The notes under the pieces are model-generated. The model did not search any database, had not been told where the DNA came from, and worked only from the letters and a program-made list of their open reading frames with translations. A DNA stretch of 64,000 nt, from contig JAYWIR010000004.1 of the NCBI GenBank assembly GCA_036172245.1, positions 4,092,001 through 4,156,000 on the forward strand. Direction: 5' to 3'. The position numbers were made by a program, and so were the translations under genes. Shown one piece after another: positions 25,990 to 39,320 of the stretch. The stretch is from Raillietiella orientalis (taxonomy: Eukaryota). The stretch's first letter is position 1; every line of letters begins with the position of its first letter.

Positions 25990-28900
25990 CATCGTGAAGA
26001 TTAACGACTTACTACTGTCAGCCAGTGTGGTTGGACCAGTCTGCATCCGTCAAATACAATCCATTGAATATCCATTCCGGAATGCATCCAGGTCAAAGCA
26101 ATGCCCTGATGCTCGCATTATTATACTGATATCAATCATTCTTCAAAAGTCACAGGAGATATTGGGTTTAAAGCCTCTTTCCTAGCTTTTCAAAGCAATT
26201 AGAAAAACTGGCGTCGTTGTTATCACTTCTAAAATGATTCCTCACCTTCCGGCTTCAAGGTTTACTTTGATCATTGCTTTCTTGTTGGATACTTCTCTTG
26301 CCTTCAAGGCAGAATAGTAGGAACGTGTACTCGGAAACCTATTCTGGGTCACTGGTCAGGATGATCAGCTATCAGCAGGCTTCCTATAGGATGACCACAT
26401 TGCAGAAATTGTAGGGAATCCTCCAGAACACGTCGTATCATACGTCCAAATTTGAATGAATAGTGAGCGTTTAAGGACTTTGATGCACTTATGGAGGCTC
26501 ATCAGTCATGTTCTTGTTTCTTATCAATCAGATCAAATCACTGGTTGCCCGTCCATGTCTTTTCACTCCCAGCTTGTGGATTTCGAGGAACAACCACAAT
26601 CCTGAAACGAGCTTGCAGCTCTGTTTGAGGTTATTCCACTCTTATCTGGAATCAGATTCCGCTTTCTCTTCCTCTTGAGTGAAAAATCAAGGTTTCCTGC
26701 ACTCCTCTCCTCTGGGGCTACTTGATCATCGTCCAAGGAGCACAGCTGATGTTATTACTCGAATTCATTCGCTCATCACGTGTGCATACCACCTATTCTG
26801 GTAACTGAAATTCGGCGTCCAGCAATACAAAGAACTGGTTCATGGGGAACATTCAGGGGCGAAAGCCAAAAAGTTGCTGCAGGAACGCAGCATAGTATTC
26901 AAGATTAAAAGTCCCCTTCTACGGAAATTTGCTCAAGTCAAGTGTCCAGATGGTATCTTCAAGAAAAATAGCATTCTTTTTTTGCTTTGAATGGGTTCTT
27001 CTTTACATGAGTATAACAGATATGCGTATCAATCTCAAAGGCATCTTTTATGAGGCCGAAATCATTTTACGACCGGTTTGCCACTTTCTGCAGATGCTTC
27101 AGGCAAATTTGAAGGCCAATTTCAAGGCTTCTAACAAGTAAAGATAAAATTTTCCTCACTCAGTTCTTGAGATGCCATTAAACTTTCAAATTGTGGGTGT
27201 GAAGGATTGCTGTCGTGTGAAGATTTAAACGCTTCAAAAGATTAAGCGAAGTAGCAGAATGAATTCTCTGAAGTGGAGCGTCAGTTCTCTGTTCCCTAGA
27301 ACGCCTCTTGACCATGCTGAAGAACCCAGTTTAGAATAACAGAATGAAGCAAAACACATCCCTCTAATCTCGGTGATGATCCACTTTCAGTCTCCTTTTC
27401 TAGAATGGCCGCTTGGTAAGCGCAAACGATCACTCTGCAGAATTCTAGACTATTCATGGAAGGTGCTGCGTGCTTGTGGTCAGTCGATTCTCGAGTGGAT
27501 AAACCACATCCTTCCCTTTCACTTGCCAATTCAGAAATAAGGAATCTCGAGTTGTAGGGATCCCCTATGAAGCAGCACCAAAAGTTCTCTCCTTCTGGAT
27601 TCACAGTGTGCCGTTCGAATTAAAGCATTGTGCATCGGTAGCAAACCTTCCGAAAGAAGCCAGCAGTTGAAGTAAGTGGTTCTTCACGAAACACTAGCTC
27701 ATGTTGGTCTTCATGATCGCCTGCTTGCTGATCATGAAAACTCTCTTTCACTCAAGCACCTACGGGTTCCTCCAGAAGAATGGAATGGTCCTGCTACACC
27801 GTGGAAATTCCGAAAATTTATGGGAAGTGAATATACTGAAGGACTTCCTTAAAATTTTTTCTTTCATTCTTTTCTGAGAAGTGACATCAGATCATGCAAA
27901 ACAAGAAAAATAGAACGGAAAAGAGACTTGAGGAACTCTGATCTATCTATCAACAAGGATTGCGTATTACGAATGACTTCAGCACGATTGCCAACCATCG
28001 ATTGCAGCTGGGAGCAACTGATAGAACTACCAGTGATTTCTTCAGACAATTTGGAAAGTAAAAGATCTCTGCTTGTTAGTGATTCGTTGCAGAAATGTTT
28101 AAAGATGCGAAATCTCATTTTTCCTCGATTATTAGACTAAAATACCTCAATCTGCCATTGATAGAACCTCAGTGAAACTCACTAGACCTGTTCCGGAGCC
28201 TTCACCCGAAGGCAATGCGTAAAAACCGCAGCGGATCAAACATCACTGCTTAGAATGTTGGAGTAAAACTTGCAATATATGAGGAAAGAAATCACAGTCA
28301 AACGCTGAAAGACAGCTGATGAAATTGCGGGGGGGACAGTTTTTTCCATCCTTGCTGAAGATGAAGAAGCAAATAAGACAAGTAAATGGATTCCCTCGGC
28401 CCAAAAAGAATCTGTGAAGCAGTTAAAAGGTCTTTTCTTTCGATGGTCATATTAAGAATCCCATATAAAGTGGAAGAAGTTATATCCAAAAGCTTCCAGA
28501 AAAATTCAGAAGGATGCGAAAACCTTCCTAGAGTAGCTTCTAAGGTTTGTTGGATAGCAATTACTGCAGTGGTCACACGAAGGAAGGACATAAGCTCTTT
28601 CATCTGACAGGGAAAGTTTTACTTCCAATACAACAACAACAGCAAAAAATCATGAAAAACCTGTGCGTCTCTTGACGCTTAGACTTCCAGGCGTAAGAGA
28701 TCCTGAAGATACGAGGCTGTTTCTTTCCTCAAGGGAGTCTGTCAACACACGCAATAACATTTTTGAAGGACACTGGTCTCACAACTTCGAAGCGTTCGTT
28801 GCAAATCTAAAAAGATTCTACGTGCCCAAATCATCCTAATGTGAGAAAAAAATTCGAGTACAATGTGAAGAGGATGACCATGATCCCGCTCAATGCTTTC

Positions 28901-30219
28901 TTTAATTTCATGGAAGCCACGTTGCTCAGCAGAGTTAGGTATCGCTCATTCAGGGCATTTTCCCAGCGAAGAATTCCACAATGGGGGATCTTCGCAATGA
29001 ACGAAGATGAACATTCCTCACCGAACTTAATCTTGTATTCTAAGACAATGCTGAGGAGATACGGAAAGAGTATGAAAGTTTCTTGTGTGAATTCAGATTC
29101 ATAAGCACCATGAAGAAAGGTGGATTTTCTCTCATCGATACCTCGAGAGACTCTCAAGATGGTGAAAATGGAATCCTGAAATTCAAGTCACTAGGACAGC
29201 TCCTAATCCCAACCTCATCTCTAGATAATCTACTGAAGTCTTGAAAACTATAAGAACCTAGCTAAGAAGCAGGACGTCGTTACAGGTTTATTTGCTTGTG
29301 GCGATTCAGCAAAAAACTCTTTTGCAGCAGTATTTTTCCCCGTGAGATTTCAGCAAACAATTCCATTCCTGGTTGAAAGATAGTTCCAAGAAAGGGCCTC
29401 CAGAGTGAACACAATTAACTGTAAACAAACTGTAACAGAGTCCATGGATCCACATATCTGCTTTAAAGATAACCCTCTTTTTTTTTATATAAGGAAAATT
29501 GAGTGTTTTAAGAGTTGGGAGACACTATACTCCTTTGATACAAACAAAGGCCGCCTATCAAGAGATTCATTGAGCCCACTCATGTGAGCTATCCATATTT
29601 TGATGTTTGAGATAAAGCGATGAAGGATATCACATTCTTACTCCTTCGGCAGGTATCGTGTAAAAGATATTCCTAAAATTGACAAACCAGCAACCATGCC
29701 TGAAAACGGATGCTTCAAATGTACTGGAGAGAACGGTACACTTCGGAGATCTAGAAAGATGAACAGTAACATGAGAGTGAATTGGATATGTGTAGTGATC
29801 GCGCCAGTTCAGAATGGACCAAGTTCAGAATGCATATGCCCGGATTCATCCGTCAGAGTTAATAGTGATCTCCTGATCTTCAGTGGCTCCTGAATACACA
29901 GATGAAGATTGTGGATGCTCTTTTCGTCAGCAAGCGATTCTCCGGGAGCATCTGCAGAGACGCAGAGGTTTCAAAGTGGGGGAGCTCTTCGGATGAGAGA
30001 TCAGCGAACCATGCGATCTACGTCAAAAGTCACTGAGGCAAGGAATGAAGACTCTTCAGGCATTCCTCCGGAATGGATTTGGAAATCGCAGTTCTGAAAA
30101 ACCAGGACACTCGCGTTCCTCGGAAAATAAAAAATAAATAAAAACTCTTCACTTGTACCTCGAGGAGACCAAGGAGGACGAAATGCAAATCTTTTCCTAA
30201 AAAGTCCCCATGGTGGCAT
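25990..30219 (-). pseudogene. Long decayed intron-containing gene (predominantly helical-looking protein, unidentified)
   Basis: Near-continuous minus-strand frames with scattered stops (ORFs 30001-30219, 28831-29157, 28298-28603, 27864-28118, 27296-27604). Small GT-AG introns survive, for example 30158-30094 (65 nt) and 28660-28604 (57 nt). Confidence 0.45.
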
Positions 30220-31719
30220 TGCACTATTGAAAGATTGTATTCAGAAAAAGAACAAATGTAACTCAAAAAGGAGGCCTTCCATAGTAAGCGGAATATTAAG
30301 TAAACATGAATATATAATTATTCGATTAAAATAATGTAAATGAGATTATGTGGAATTCTGCGCTTGTAGGGTTCAAGTCAAATTTAGATCCTGGAAAGTG
30401 CATACACTCTGAGAATATCACACTTTATGACGCCAACTAATAACAGTGGAAATCAATAATTCAACGAGCGATTTATTAATAAGATAATTCTATTTTATAA
30501 TTTTTATATGAGCCCTCTTCTAAGTGATCACCTGACCCAAGATAGATGAGCCCACCATCGAAGGAAATCAGCAAAATTGCAGAACTGAAATAAACCAAAG
30601 CTGTTTTGTTTGTTTCTTTTATTTTAATTTAGACTCGGCAAAGTATTCTGGAGTAGAAAAGTAAAAGTTATTACTAATGGCCGAAGCATAATTAAATTCT
30701 AGATTAAATACATATATTCCTGTCACATTAGTAACCTGAAAGTCCATCGTAACAATTGATTTCAGCCAATGAATTCACTGTCCTCAAGGAACGAAACTTA
30801 GTAAACTACTACTTGATTTTTATCCCTTTGAGTGCTATGGACGCATCTATGCGTCTGGCAAATGTTTTTCACCTTGTACACACGACACGAGTTAACACTA
30901 TCCATGTTGAGGTGGACGCATACACTTACGTTCATATAATCACCTTGGTAACGACAGCAAACAAAATTCTATTGATATATCGGCTAAAGAATCTCGTTTT
31001 TTCGGAGAGTCTCTGTGTAAATAAAATAAATAAGCAATGAATAAACAACAAATAGAGGTGTAAATAAACAGTTATAATAGTAACTTTAATCAGCACTTTC
31101 TATCGTCAGTGGATACTTCGATAGAGTACGTGGTACGGAAAAGAGCATTCCGTCCACAGATGGCAACCGCGACTCGCGTGCCGTCAACGCAGAACGTTTA
31201 AACCTGATGAGCGCCGAACCCAAAGGGTTATATAAGCTCGATTTAATATAATATATATTATATTTTCACGTAATTAGCACAAACGCATTTTTAAGAATAA
31301 AACTTACTCCCTTAGTGAATTCACGCATGTTTTCTTGAATTCTTAGTTTGATATAAATGCTGATTATTAATTGTTCATTATCGATCTAAACATTTAGGGT
31401 GCTTTTTAAAGCATATTGTTCTTACACTTTTAAAGTAAATATCCTTGTAGAATAGCCTTCTGTAAACATTCACAGAAGGGTACTCTGCAAAATGCATTGA
31501 GCAGATTAATATGCGTGATAGATGAGAAATAAACATATGAATCTGTGATGTCTTTTTTGCTAAATACATCAAATATTCCTATATGCGATACCACCATATG
31601 ATTGATGATCACAAACAGTATGCAATCATCGACATCATCCACCTTCTTGTCTTACAGAAGAGCTTGGTATTCGTGAGATCCAGCGTGATCTTCCGCGAAT
31701 AACTTTTAGGGGTTTGGAT

Positions 31720-32830
31720 TGTTTGGATCTTCTTGACTTTTTTTGAGGAAGGACTCTCGTGTTTTCTCGGTGTTCAATCCACCCTGGATCCTCCTAGGCG
31801 AGTGAACCCTCGAAGCACCTCTTCTACAAATTCTTCTAAAAGTTTACTCCTCCCTCTTCTGCTCACTCCGAGCTGCATTTTGAGCGGCTGGAGTCATTGC
31901 GGGAACATCCCCCTGAAGCCGAGGCTCCCTGAGTTGCGCTTCCAAGGAATGCTTCATCATCTCGCTCAGCTCGATCATCCTGTCCAGGGCTCTCATCCCA
32001 TTAATCTATGAAGGTCAGCAGTCAAGCGCTCCAAGTCACGCCCATCTTCTAATGGGGCACGGTTTGATCCCCCGTCATCTACCGCATCAACGTTGGATGG
32101 TATAAAGATGTTCTGCACTACATCTTCACGGGGTACTGGCACACCAAGAAGGCCAAGAGAGTGCATATCAAAGTACACCATCATATTGCCTACAACAGTG
32201 TGCATCTTGTATTTCTGCTGAATATTTGGTTCCCAGAGCTTTACGGATGGGATGGGACCATCCAGTCATGCTTGGAGCGTTGAAAAGTAGGGTGTTGAAA
32301 AGAGAAAATCCGTGGATGGCGGTGAAGATCTCGGTTCTGAGGCCCTCCGGGATGCCTTTCAACGCTCAGGTCACGTACAACAGAATGCATTGAAGGGGCA
32401 AAACGACTTCCGCGGAGGCAAAGCGCCTCTCACGAAAACGAAGAAAACTCCGCATGATCTTTTCGGACGGATGGCTCTAGAAGCCAATGTCAGAAGCAAA
32501 AATTTTCCTTCTTCACGATCTCCTCCCCGATTCGAGACGACCATTCTTTGAGACCACTCCGACGAGCACGCTGCAACGAGGAACTGCAAAATTTCTTTTT
32601 GCCCGCCGCTCTGATGAACCCCCTTTTCGGATGCTCGAGTCGTTGAGGAACGTCAGACTTACTCCCCTCCCTCTCTCCCTCCTGCTTCCTCGTCTCTGCT
32701 TTAAGGCTTCCGCCACGCTCACCTCTACCTGCAGAACATGCAGTGTGCTTTGCTTTTGCTTTAGTCGCTCCCTGTACCTCGTTCTTCTGCGTGTTCTTCG
32801 TTTCGCAAGACATCGTCTTCGCTTCCAGTC
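31720..32830 (-). pseudogene. Disrupted ORF: coiled coil followed by a possible SGNH/GDSL-like domain (retroelement ORF1-like?)
   Basis: Frameshifted pieces: LKQKQSTLHVLQVEVSVAEALKQ, LTFLNDSSIR, EIFTAIHGFSLFN, LTADLHRL/GMRALDRMIEL. Weak resemblance to the GDS and DxxH blocks. Confidence 0.25.
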
Positions 32831-33377
32831 AGACCTCGGGCGCGGCCTGAAAACTGTCTCCCCTAGCCAAATGCGAGCGTAGCCGGAAGCGCTCGGAGAG
32901 GGAGGGGGGGGGGAATTGTGCGGATGGCTCGCGTTGGCGACCGTGTGGCTGCGTATGGTCTCCACGCGTGGTGGCACCAAGCGTTGCGGGTTCAAATCCC
33001 CACTGGAGGATCGGCGCCGAGAAGGGCGGGTGAGTCGTGGTTTTGAGCCTCCCTCTCACCCCCCGAGGATGACGCTGGTTGATCTGTAGACTTCGGATGT
33101 GGCACCGGTGTGAGAGCCGGAAACCAGATGCCTCCGTTGACCGGCCAGGATTGGATGTCGACCATCTGGAAGGACCCCTGGGTCCTTCCAGGAATCAAGG
33201 AGCCGGTTTCCCCCGGGTTCCCATCCGGTTGTAAAAACGGAGCTGTTTCTTCCACCTCCTCCCCTCTTTTCCTCGGGAGACCCTCGATCGCGTAGCATAT
33301 AGCAGGTGGATTGGCACCTCTCCAGAGTGTCCAGAAGCGCTCTGCTCCCATCTGGGAGTGCCCTTCAGGGAAAATGG

Positions 33378-33545
33378 GAATCGTCCCTTCGGGGTTCACT
33401 TCAGAGGAGGGAACAAGGAGCGGATTCTTTCCGGGTTCCTCTCAGAGAAGAAACGAGGATTGGGTCCCTCTGGAGATCCCTCCGGAGAGAACAAGGAAGA
33501 AGAGGTTCCCTTCAGGATTCTCTCCCAAAGCGCAAGAGGAACGGA
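33378..33545. repeat. Degenerate tandem repeat, about 38-40-bp unit, about 4 copies
   Basis: The pattern (g)tcccttc..gg.t.c.t..aga..aac.agga recurs. The minus strand gives repeated (N/S)PEG/NPER peptides. Confidence 0.55.
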
Positions 33546-35329
33546 GCCTTCCCTTGGAGCCTTCTTGGATTCATAGGGTGGTCTCCTCCCGGGATATTCC
33601 CTATAACTTGAAGAGTTACTGCACGCCCGCTCAGGTGCAGTAGACAGAGCTGAAGAGGAACTTGTGAACTCCCTCTGAGGAGGCGAAGGTTCTTCAGCAC
33701 TCAGCGGACCAGAGGAAAGCCCAAAGAAAAAAAAAAATGCTGGAATGAAAGCAGCGAAAACAGGACCCAAGAGGATTTTCTTTCACCTCCCTTTTCCTTC
33801 GTTGCTAAGAAACGACCGATCTGCAGCGACCGGAGTTTTTGCACGAGACCTCATGGTGTCAGGAAGGCACAGGTCATCCCACCTTCTGTTCGGGAGGCCC
33901 ACGGTCGGGCGGCGGCGCACTTAAGAGAAGAGGTGCGCTTTCACTTTGCTCTTGTGAAGCTGAGGGCGCGTCTAGAATCACCTAGGCGACGCGGTTCCGA
34001 AGTGATGGTTGGCAGAAGGAGGTGTGGCCAACGACGGCGGACGGGTTCCATCCAAGTGGCTGATCGTTTCACTTTCTTTTATTTTGGGAACCTATCTGAA
34101 TTGACGAAACCGGATGCGCCTTCTTCCACTTTCTCGTTTCTTTCCTTTCGTCTCGCCCCTTCCCTTCTCAACATTCCGTTGGGCGAAGTTTTCTCTCTGC
34201 TCTTTTTTTTCTCTACTACCCTCAAACACCTTCTTAGCAAAAGGTCTTTCGTTTCATCCCTCCGAATGGTTCGTCTCCAAGGGCTACTCATCTTAAAAGA
34301 GGGACGAGAGTATACTCAGCCTGAAGGACATGGGCACTCTCGTCTCTGTTTCGACGCACTACATCCGCTTTGCTTCTCCAGCCTACTTGACTGGATCGCT
34401 GAAAGACTGTCCGTTTGTTTCTGCCGTAGTTCCTCTAACAGGAGCGGGAGGAAACCCCAGCGGATGCCGGTGAAGCTGCTCTTGGCTGGGTCTCCTTCAC
34501 ACTACTCTCACGGTGACCTCTCAGCTTTCTGGAATCTCGGCTGATGTTGGCACTCTTGCGTCGAGCTACTCCCAAGCGTTACCCAGAATGACGCCCTGAG
34601 AGCTCCTGATGAACCGTTCCTCGTGTTGTCTTCTCGAGGCTAAAAACTCCGAGTACCATGGTCTCGTTCTCGAGGAGGGCACATTTTGGAGGAAAACCGC
34701 TTTTAGATGGTTCCAAGCAGGAAAAAGGTCTGATATTTCAAAGATCCCGTTTTCCCTTCAGCGTCACAACATCTCCGATTCCTCAGAACCTTGCACGACT
34801 TGAGGAATCACTTCTCATGTTCGCTCTCCGTCTTAGATAAAAAAAAGGTCTATTCTTCTCTCTATGGAGTGATCTCGAGAACTGGACTCTCGGGGAAGCC
34901 GTATTTCAATCTGAAACACTAGATACTCCCAGGCATGAACGCAACTTCGTCATGGTTCATGATGCAATTTTCTTGTATTCGTGCTATGCGGTTTTCGTTT
35001 CCTTCGAGCAAGCAGGCGCTCAAAGCATTGCATTGCAGTCATTTTGGATGACTGATCTCGGAGTTTGGAGCACCGAGGAGCGGAAACAGCCGACTGAGGA
35101 GAGAAGGAACCGCAAGCCTCCTCTCGATTGCTCCGGCACTTGCAAGAGCTATCCTCTCACGATGAACGCAAAGACGCGGACGAAAGGAGAAATTGAGTGT
35201 GTCCTGAATGAACGCAACATGTACACCATAATGCAGTAGAAGTTTTCGGATTATCTTCGGAAGATGTTGATTTCTGAGAATGTCCAATAGTGAAGATTGA
35301 TTTTCCCGATTCTGTTGCAAAAACATCCA

Positions 35330-35362
35330 GGAATGCGGATCCGGAATGCGGACCTGGAATGC
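35330..35362. repeat. 13-bp tandem repeat x2.5
   Basis: GGAATGCGGATCC GGAATGCGGACCT GGAATGC. Confidence 0.85.
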
Positions 35363-36287
35363 CTAGGAGTTCCTTTCACCCATGGTCGTTATTAAATATC
35401 AGTGTTTACTTAGTCCTCTGAGAACTCTTGAAGATTCATAGAGGAGCGGATGGATGAATGGCTGACATGATGGAATGAAATTTTATTGACCGGAAATGTC
35501 AACAAACATTCCGAAATTCTTAGATAGTTGAGAATGAAACAAACGAAAGAATGCAATGACTTTTAATATGCATAAAATAATGAATAAAACATTGTCAAGA
35601 ATGATGAAGGTAGCACAGCTGACCAATGCATGCTTTCAGATCGGCTTCCATTCTAAAACCCTCCTACTACTACTTTAACAGCGGAATGGAATTTCACATT
35701 TTCAGAGATTTCATCCATAGATTAATAGAAATTACCATTGCATCTGCCAGCAATTAGGCATATCAATCATTCAGTGCTGATCAATGGAAAGAGACTCTAA
35801 AGAACTCAAGCTGTTTCTTCGGAGATCCAGGTTCCAATGTTTTATAGCCACTTCTTTCTGATGGTGAGGGCATTTCCCGTGTCTGCAGTTTCTTCGTTGT
35901 TTTAGAAGTGCATACTGGCACCCAGAATTTCTCACAGACAGTTTTCGTCAAGAACGCCATAAAAGTCTGCCATGGAAGGCTAAACAAATTCTGCATGCAA
36001 ATGAGGTCCAGAATTTCGTTCAGTGTAGGCAAACGATAAATAACAAGTTATGATATCAATTATAAAATATGCAGCATCTTCTGAAAAGGAAGAACGCAAG
36101 CAATTTCTTCCTGTTTGATGAGCTTTCGCCTTCAGAAAAGTAGGAGCACATGAAGATTACATTGTCCTTGGAATTCACTCAGCTGTAAAAGTAGTATTAG
36201 CATTTGGTATTTCGTGCTTGCTTAGGTTTCCAGAATGGAAATCTTGCGCCCATTTGACCACGAAGGCCCGAAACGTGCTTCTAGACG

Positions 36288-37559
36288 TCAGACTTTTTGC
36301 TGGGCGCCGCTGACAACTCGTTCTCCGTATCAGGTGCGGGGCTACTCTGACGACTTGAGGCAAGGATGGAGACAAAAAAGAAAAGGAAAGAAAATGATGA
36401 CCCCCATTCCGGGAATGGCTGCGTCGATTAGGCGACCGCAGCACACCTCTCGATTGCCGTCCCGCGAGGGTCGGCCCAGGATGGCAAGAGTTGCGGGGCG
36501 AGATGCTTCGCAAGATTAGCGCGACCAATTGCTCATTCGGCCCTCCCAGCCCCGGGCTGTCCTCTCCGCCGCTTCCGAATGCGCATCCGTGTCGTCAGCC
36601 TTCGCAGAACTTCACGACCCGAATTCCGCTTCCGCTGACGTGCGCCGTGCTAACGACGGCACCGGCTGCCTGGCGGAAGTACGGAGCTCGGCGGCGGCGG
36701 CGGCGGCGGCGGTGGCGGGCGTCGCGCTTCCGGCCCGGAGACTCTCGGGGCGGCTTGGCAACGGCTGGGCCGGCCCGGGGGGCGACGGCTTCCGCGTCCG
36801 CGCTGCTGCCCAGGCGGCAACGTGCGGCCGGCCTTCCGCTGCGAAGGCGGAAACAAGGCAGGATGGCGCTTTCCGATGGGACACGGCGAGCAGCGTGCTC
36901 GCGGTCGCGCCGCGCCGGACCTGGGCGCAAGAGCGCTCTTCCTGCACCCTGGTGACGGACGCAAAGAACCGGGTGCGCGCGCCGCCGCCGCAAGGGAGGC
37001 AACGGGGTCCGGGCATGCCGTTGCAGCCGCGCCGCCGCCCTCTTCGTCGCACTGTTGCGTGCATGCACCGTCGCAGCTGCAGAAGAAGCGCGTCGCCGGA
37101 AGATGCGAAGATGGAAAGCAAGCCACCTTCTGCCCACCCGTTCCTGGCGTCACTCGCGGGGACGACCCGGGCCCGTCGGGCGGACTTTCGCTCGCGGCGT
37201 GTCGGAACGTCTTGCGAACCGGAGGACGGTGCGCGTGCTTTCACCGAGGCACCTGCCTGAGGAGGAAGAGAGCGGCAGGGAAGCGGGGAGCAGAAAGAAC
37301 GCAGTCGACGGCTGCCGCGCTGGGTGCGCCAAGACGGGAGGAAGCACGCGTTTCGTGCGAGTGCTGCGTGTCGTAACGGGAACTGGTTGTCCCCCTGCCT
37401 GGAGTGCTCGCCGTCGAATTTGTCGGTCCGCGAACCGGCTCGTGCCTGGTGTTGGCGGCTGAGGCTTCCCTACGAGCTGGAACCAGAAAGGCGGTTGTCC
37501 GGGCGACCGTTCTGGAAAGGATGCGCTTGTTGTCAAAAAGTGGGAAGTGAAAAATTTCC
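36288..37559 (-). repeat. 1272-bp GC-rich repeat, copy B (inverted copy of 6990-8261)
   Basis: See copy A. The ORF track is mirrored, for example 7289-8020 (-) versus 36529-37260 (+). Confidence 0.97.
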
Positions 37560-37899
37560 AGCAGGCTTTGCATCTTCATTACCTCGTTTACTGATGTGAG
37601 AATTTCTCAACCAACTGAACCTCAGGTTTCTGTTTATGTGGGTACTCAGGTAATTTCAAAATCGTCTTTTCGCGCGGTCTTTGAACACAGAACAGGATTT
37701 TTAGATATTCAGTCTATTGACTGCATTACCAATTGCAGAATTCCAATATCAGCAAGCGGGCGTTTAATGGCATGCAGATGGATGTTCTCTTTAAACCTCT
37801 TATCCTTTATGCTTTTGCGCATCGGCTGACATTGAGCAGTGATTTCGTTTTTTGTGTCTATGGATTGCACATGAACTTGGATAAATTCATATTCCGAGA

Positions 37900-39320
37900 G
37901 TTGACTCAGCCCGTTTCTCCATGGCAAGTTCCACTTGCCGGAACGGGCTGGAATTTGGAACACCTTCGTGGTCCTCCTCCCCGCCTTCTGTTTTTTGTTG
38001 TCCGTCCTCTCCTCCCTCCTCTACGAGGCGAAGCTTCGGGTTCAACGCCTGCCGAGGAACGCCCTCTGGAGATCTCGTAAAAGCATCTTTTCCTTCCTAG
38101 TGGAAGTCCAATCATGGATCTCCTGCCGTTCAATGAACTACAAAGCCTGGCAACATGAGGCTATTGAATCCTGGACTGCATTCTGTGGAATGCACCCAGG
38201 GGATCTTTGCTCCCTGAGACATTTGCTACCGCGACCTTTAGAAGTGGTGATGCAGGACACGACAAAGCGGTGGACCCTGGCTGCCACATCCCTTGCTGCG
38301 GTGCTGTCTGCCCCGAGGGTAAGCGACGACAGCTGCCAACCGGCGAAGCTGGGAGTTTTCCTGCACCACCACAGGAAGAACGAGACTCGGTGGCTGGAAG
38401 ACGCCCGAGTTGGTGGATGCTGTCACTCCGCGTATTCTGGCGGTAGGACTCCTTCGGTAGAGTCAACTTCTGATTGTTTCCCCAAGGAACCTGTGGTCCC
38501 TCCTCAATGCTCGGGCACTTCTGTGTTGCCGCTCACTTGGAAACAGTCTGTGTTGCTCTTTCTGCACTGAGAATTCTAATGCAATAAGCGCCGGCACCGG
38601 ATTTCCGCAGGCTTTGCATCCCCGAACGGTTCCAGGAGCGGGTCGGTGGAGTCGATACCGCCGCACCTGCTTTTGGACTGCGATGCCCTCCAGGAACTGT
38701 GGAGGAGGCTGGCATCAGCACTCTTGCACCAGGACACCGCCAGCGAACTTTCTGGGACGGTTCTTCGCGCCGGGAGGACTCGACGGGTGCGGTGATAGCA
38801 ACCATGGATGGTCGCATTCGTGCCGTTTGTCACGGCCCGCCACTTGTTGAAGACGGCGGTGCAGCGAAGGGAGGTCACGGGGATGGCAGTCGCCTACATG
38901 AGTACGCCTGCAACGTAGCTTCACCTGCAAGAGGAAGTCAGATCAAGGAGGAGATCGCCGGCATCCAGCGCCGGTTTAGGAATGAAGGAACGGCGGACAC
39001 CGGTGACCCTTGTCCCTAGCCACCCTTTGTTTTGTTTTATTTTATTTTTCTCTCATTCCCCGCTCCCTTTCGCCCCGTAAGTTTCTCGGTTTTTGTATAT
39101 TGATCCCGGTGTATACGGAGGGAACCCAAAGACCACTGCCCCAACCACCCAGATTTCCTCATTTTTTTTTTGTAGTTCCCCTTCCCTCTCTCGTTCCGGA
39201 CTTTTCCATATCCTGAGCTGCGTGTCGGTGGATCCTTCCCCTCAGCTTCTTTTGTTTTTGGTTTTCACCGTGTTGACTGATTTATTTTCATGCCCCGTCG
39301 AGATCGGGTGAAAAACTTCA
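37900..39320 (+). mobile_element. Degenerate L1/Tx1-type non-LTR retrotransposon, 3' part of ORF2 and 3' UTR
   Basis: SVLPLTWKQSVLLFLH...GSVESIPPHLLLDCDALQELW resembles the C-terminal CCHC (zf-RVT) region. It is collinear with the 62776-63738 ORF and shares the 3'-UTR motif CTGCGTGTCGGTG (39218-39230 and 63744-63756). Confidence 0.65.
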
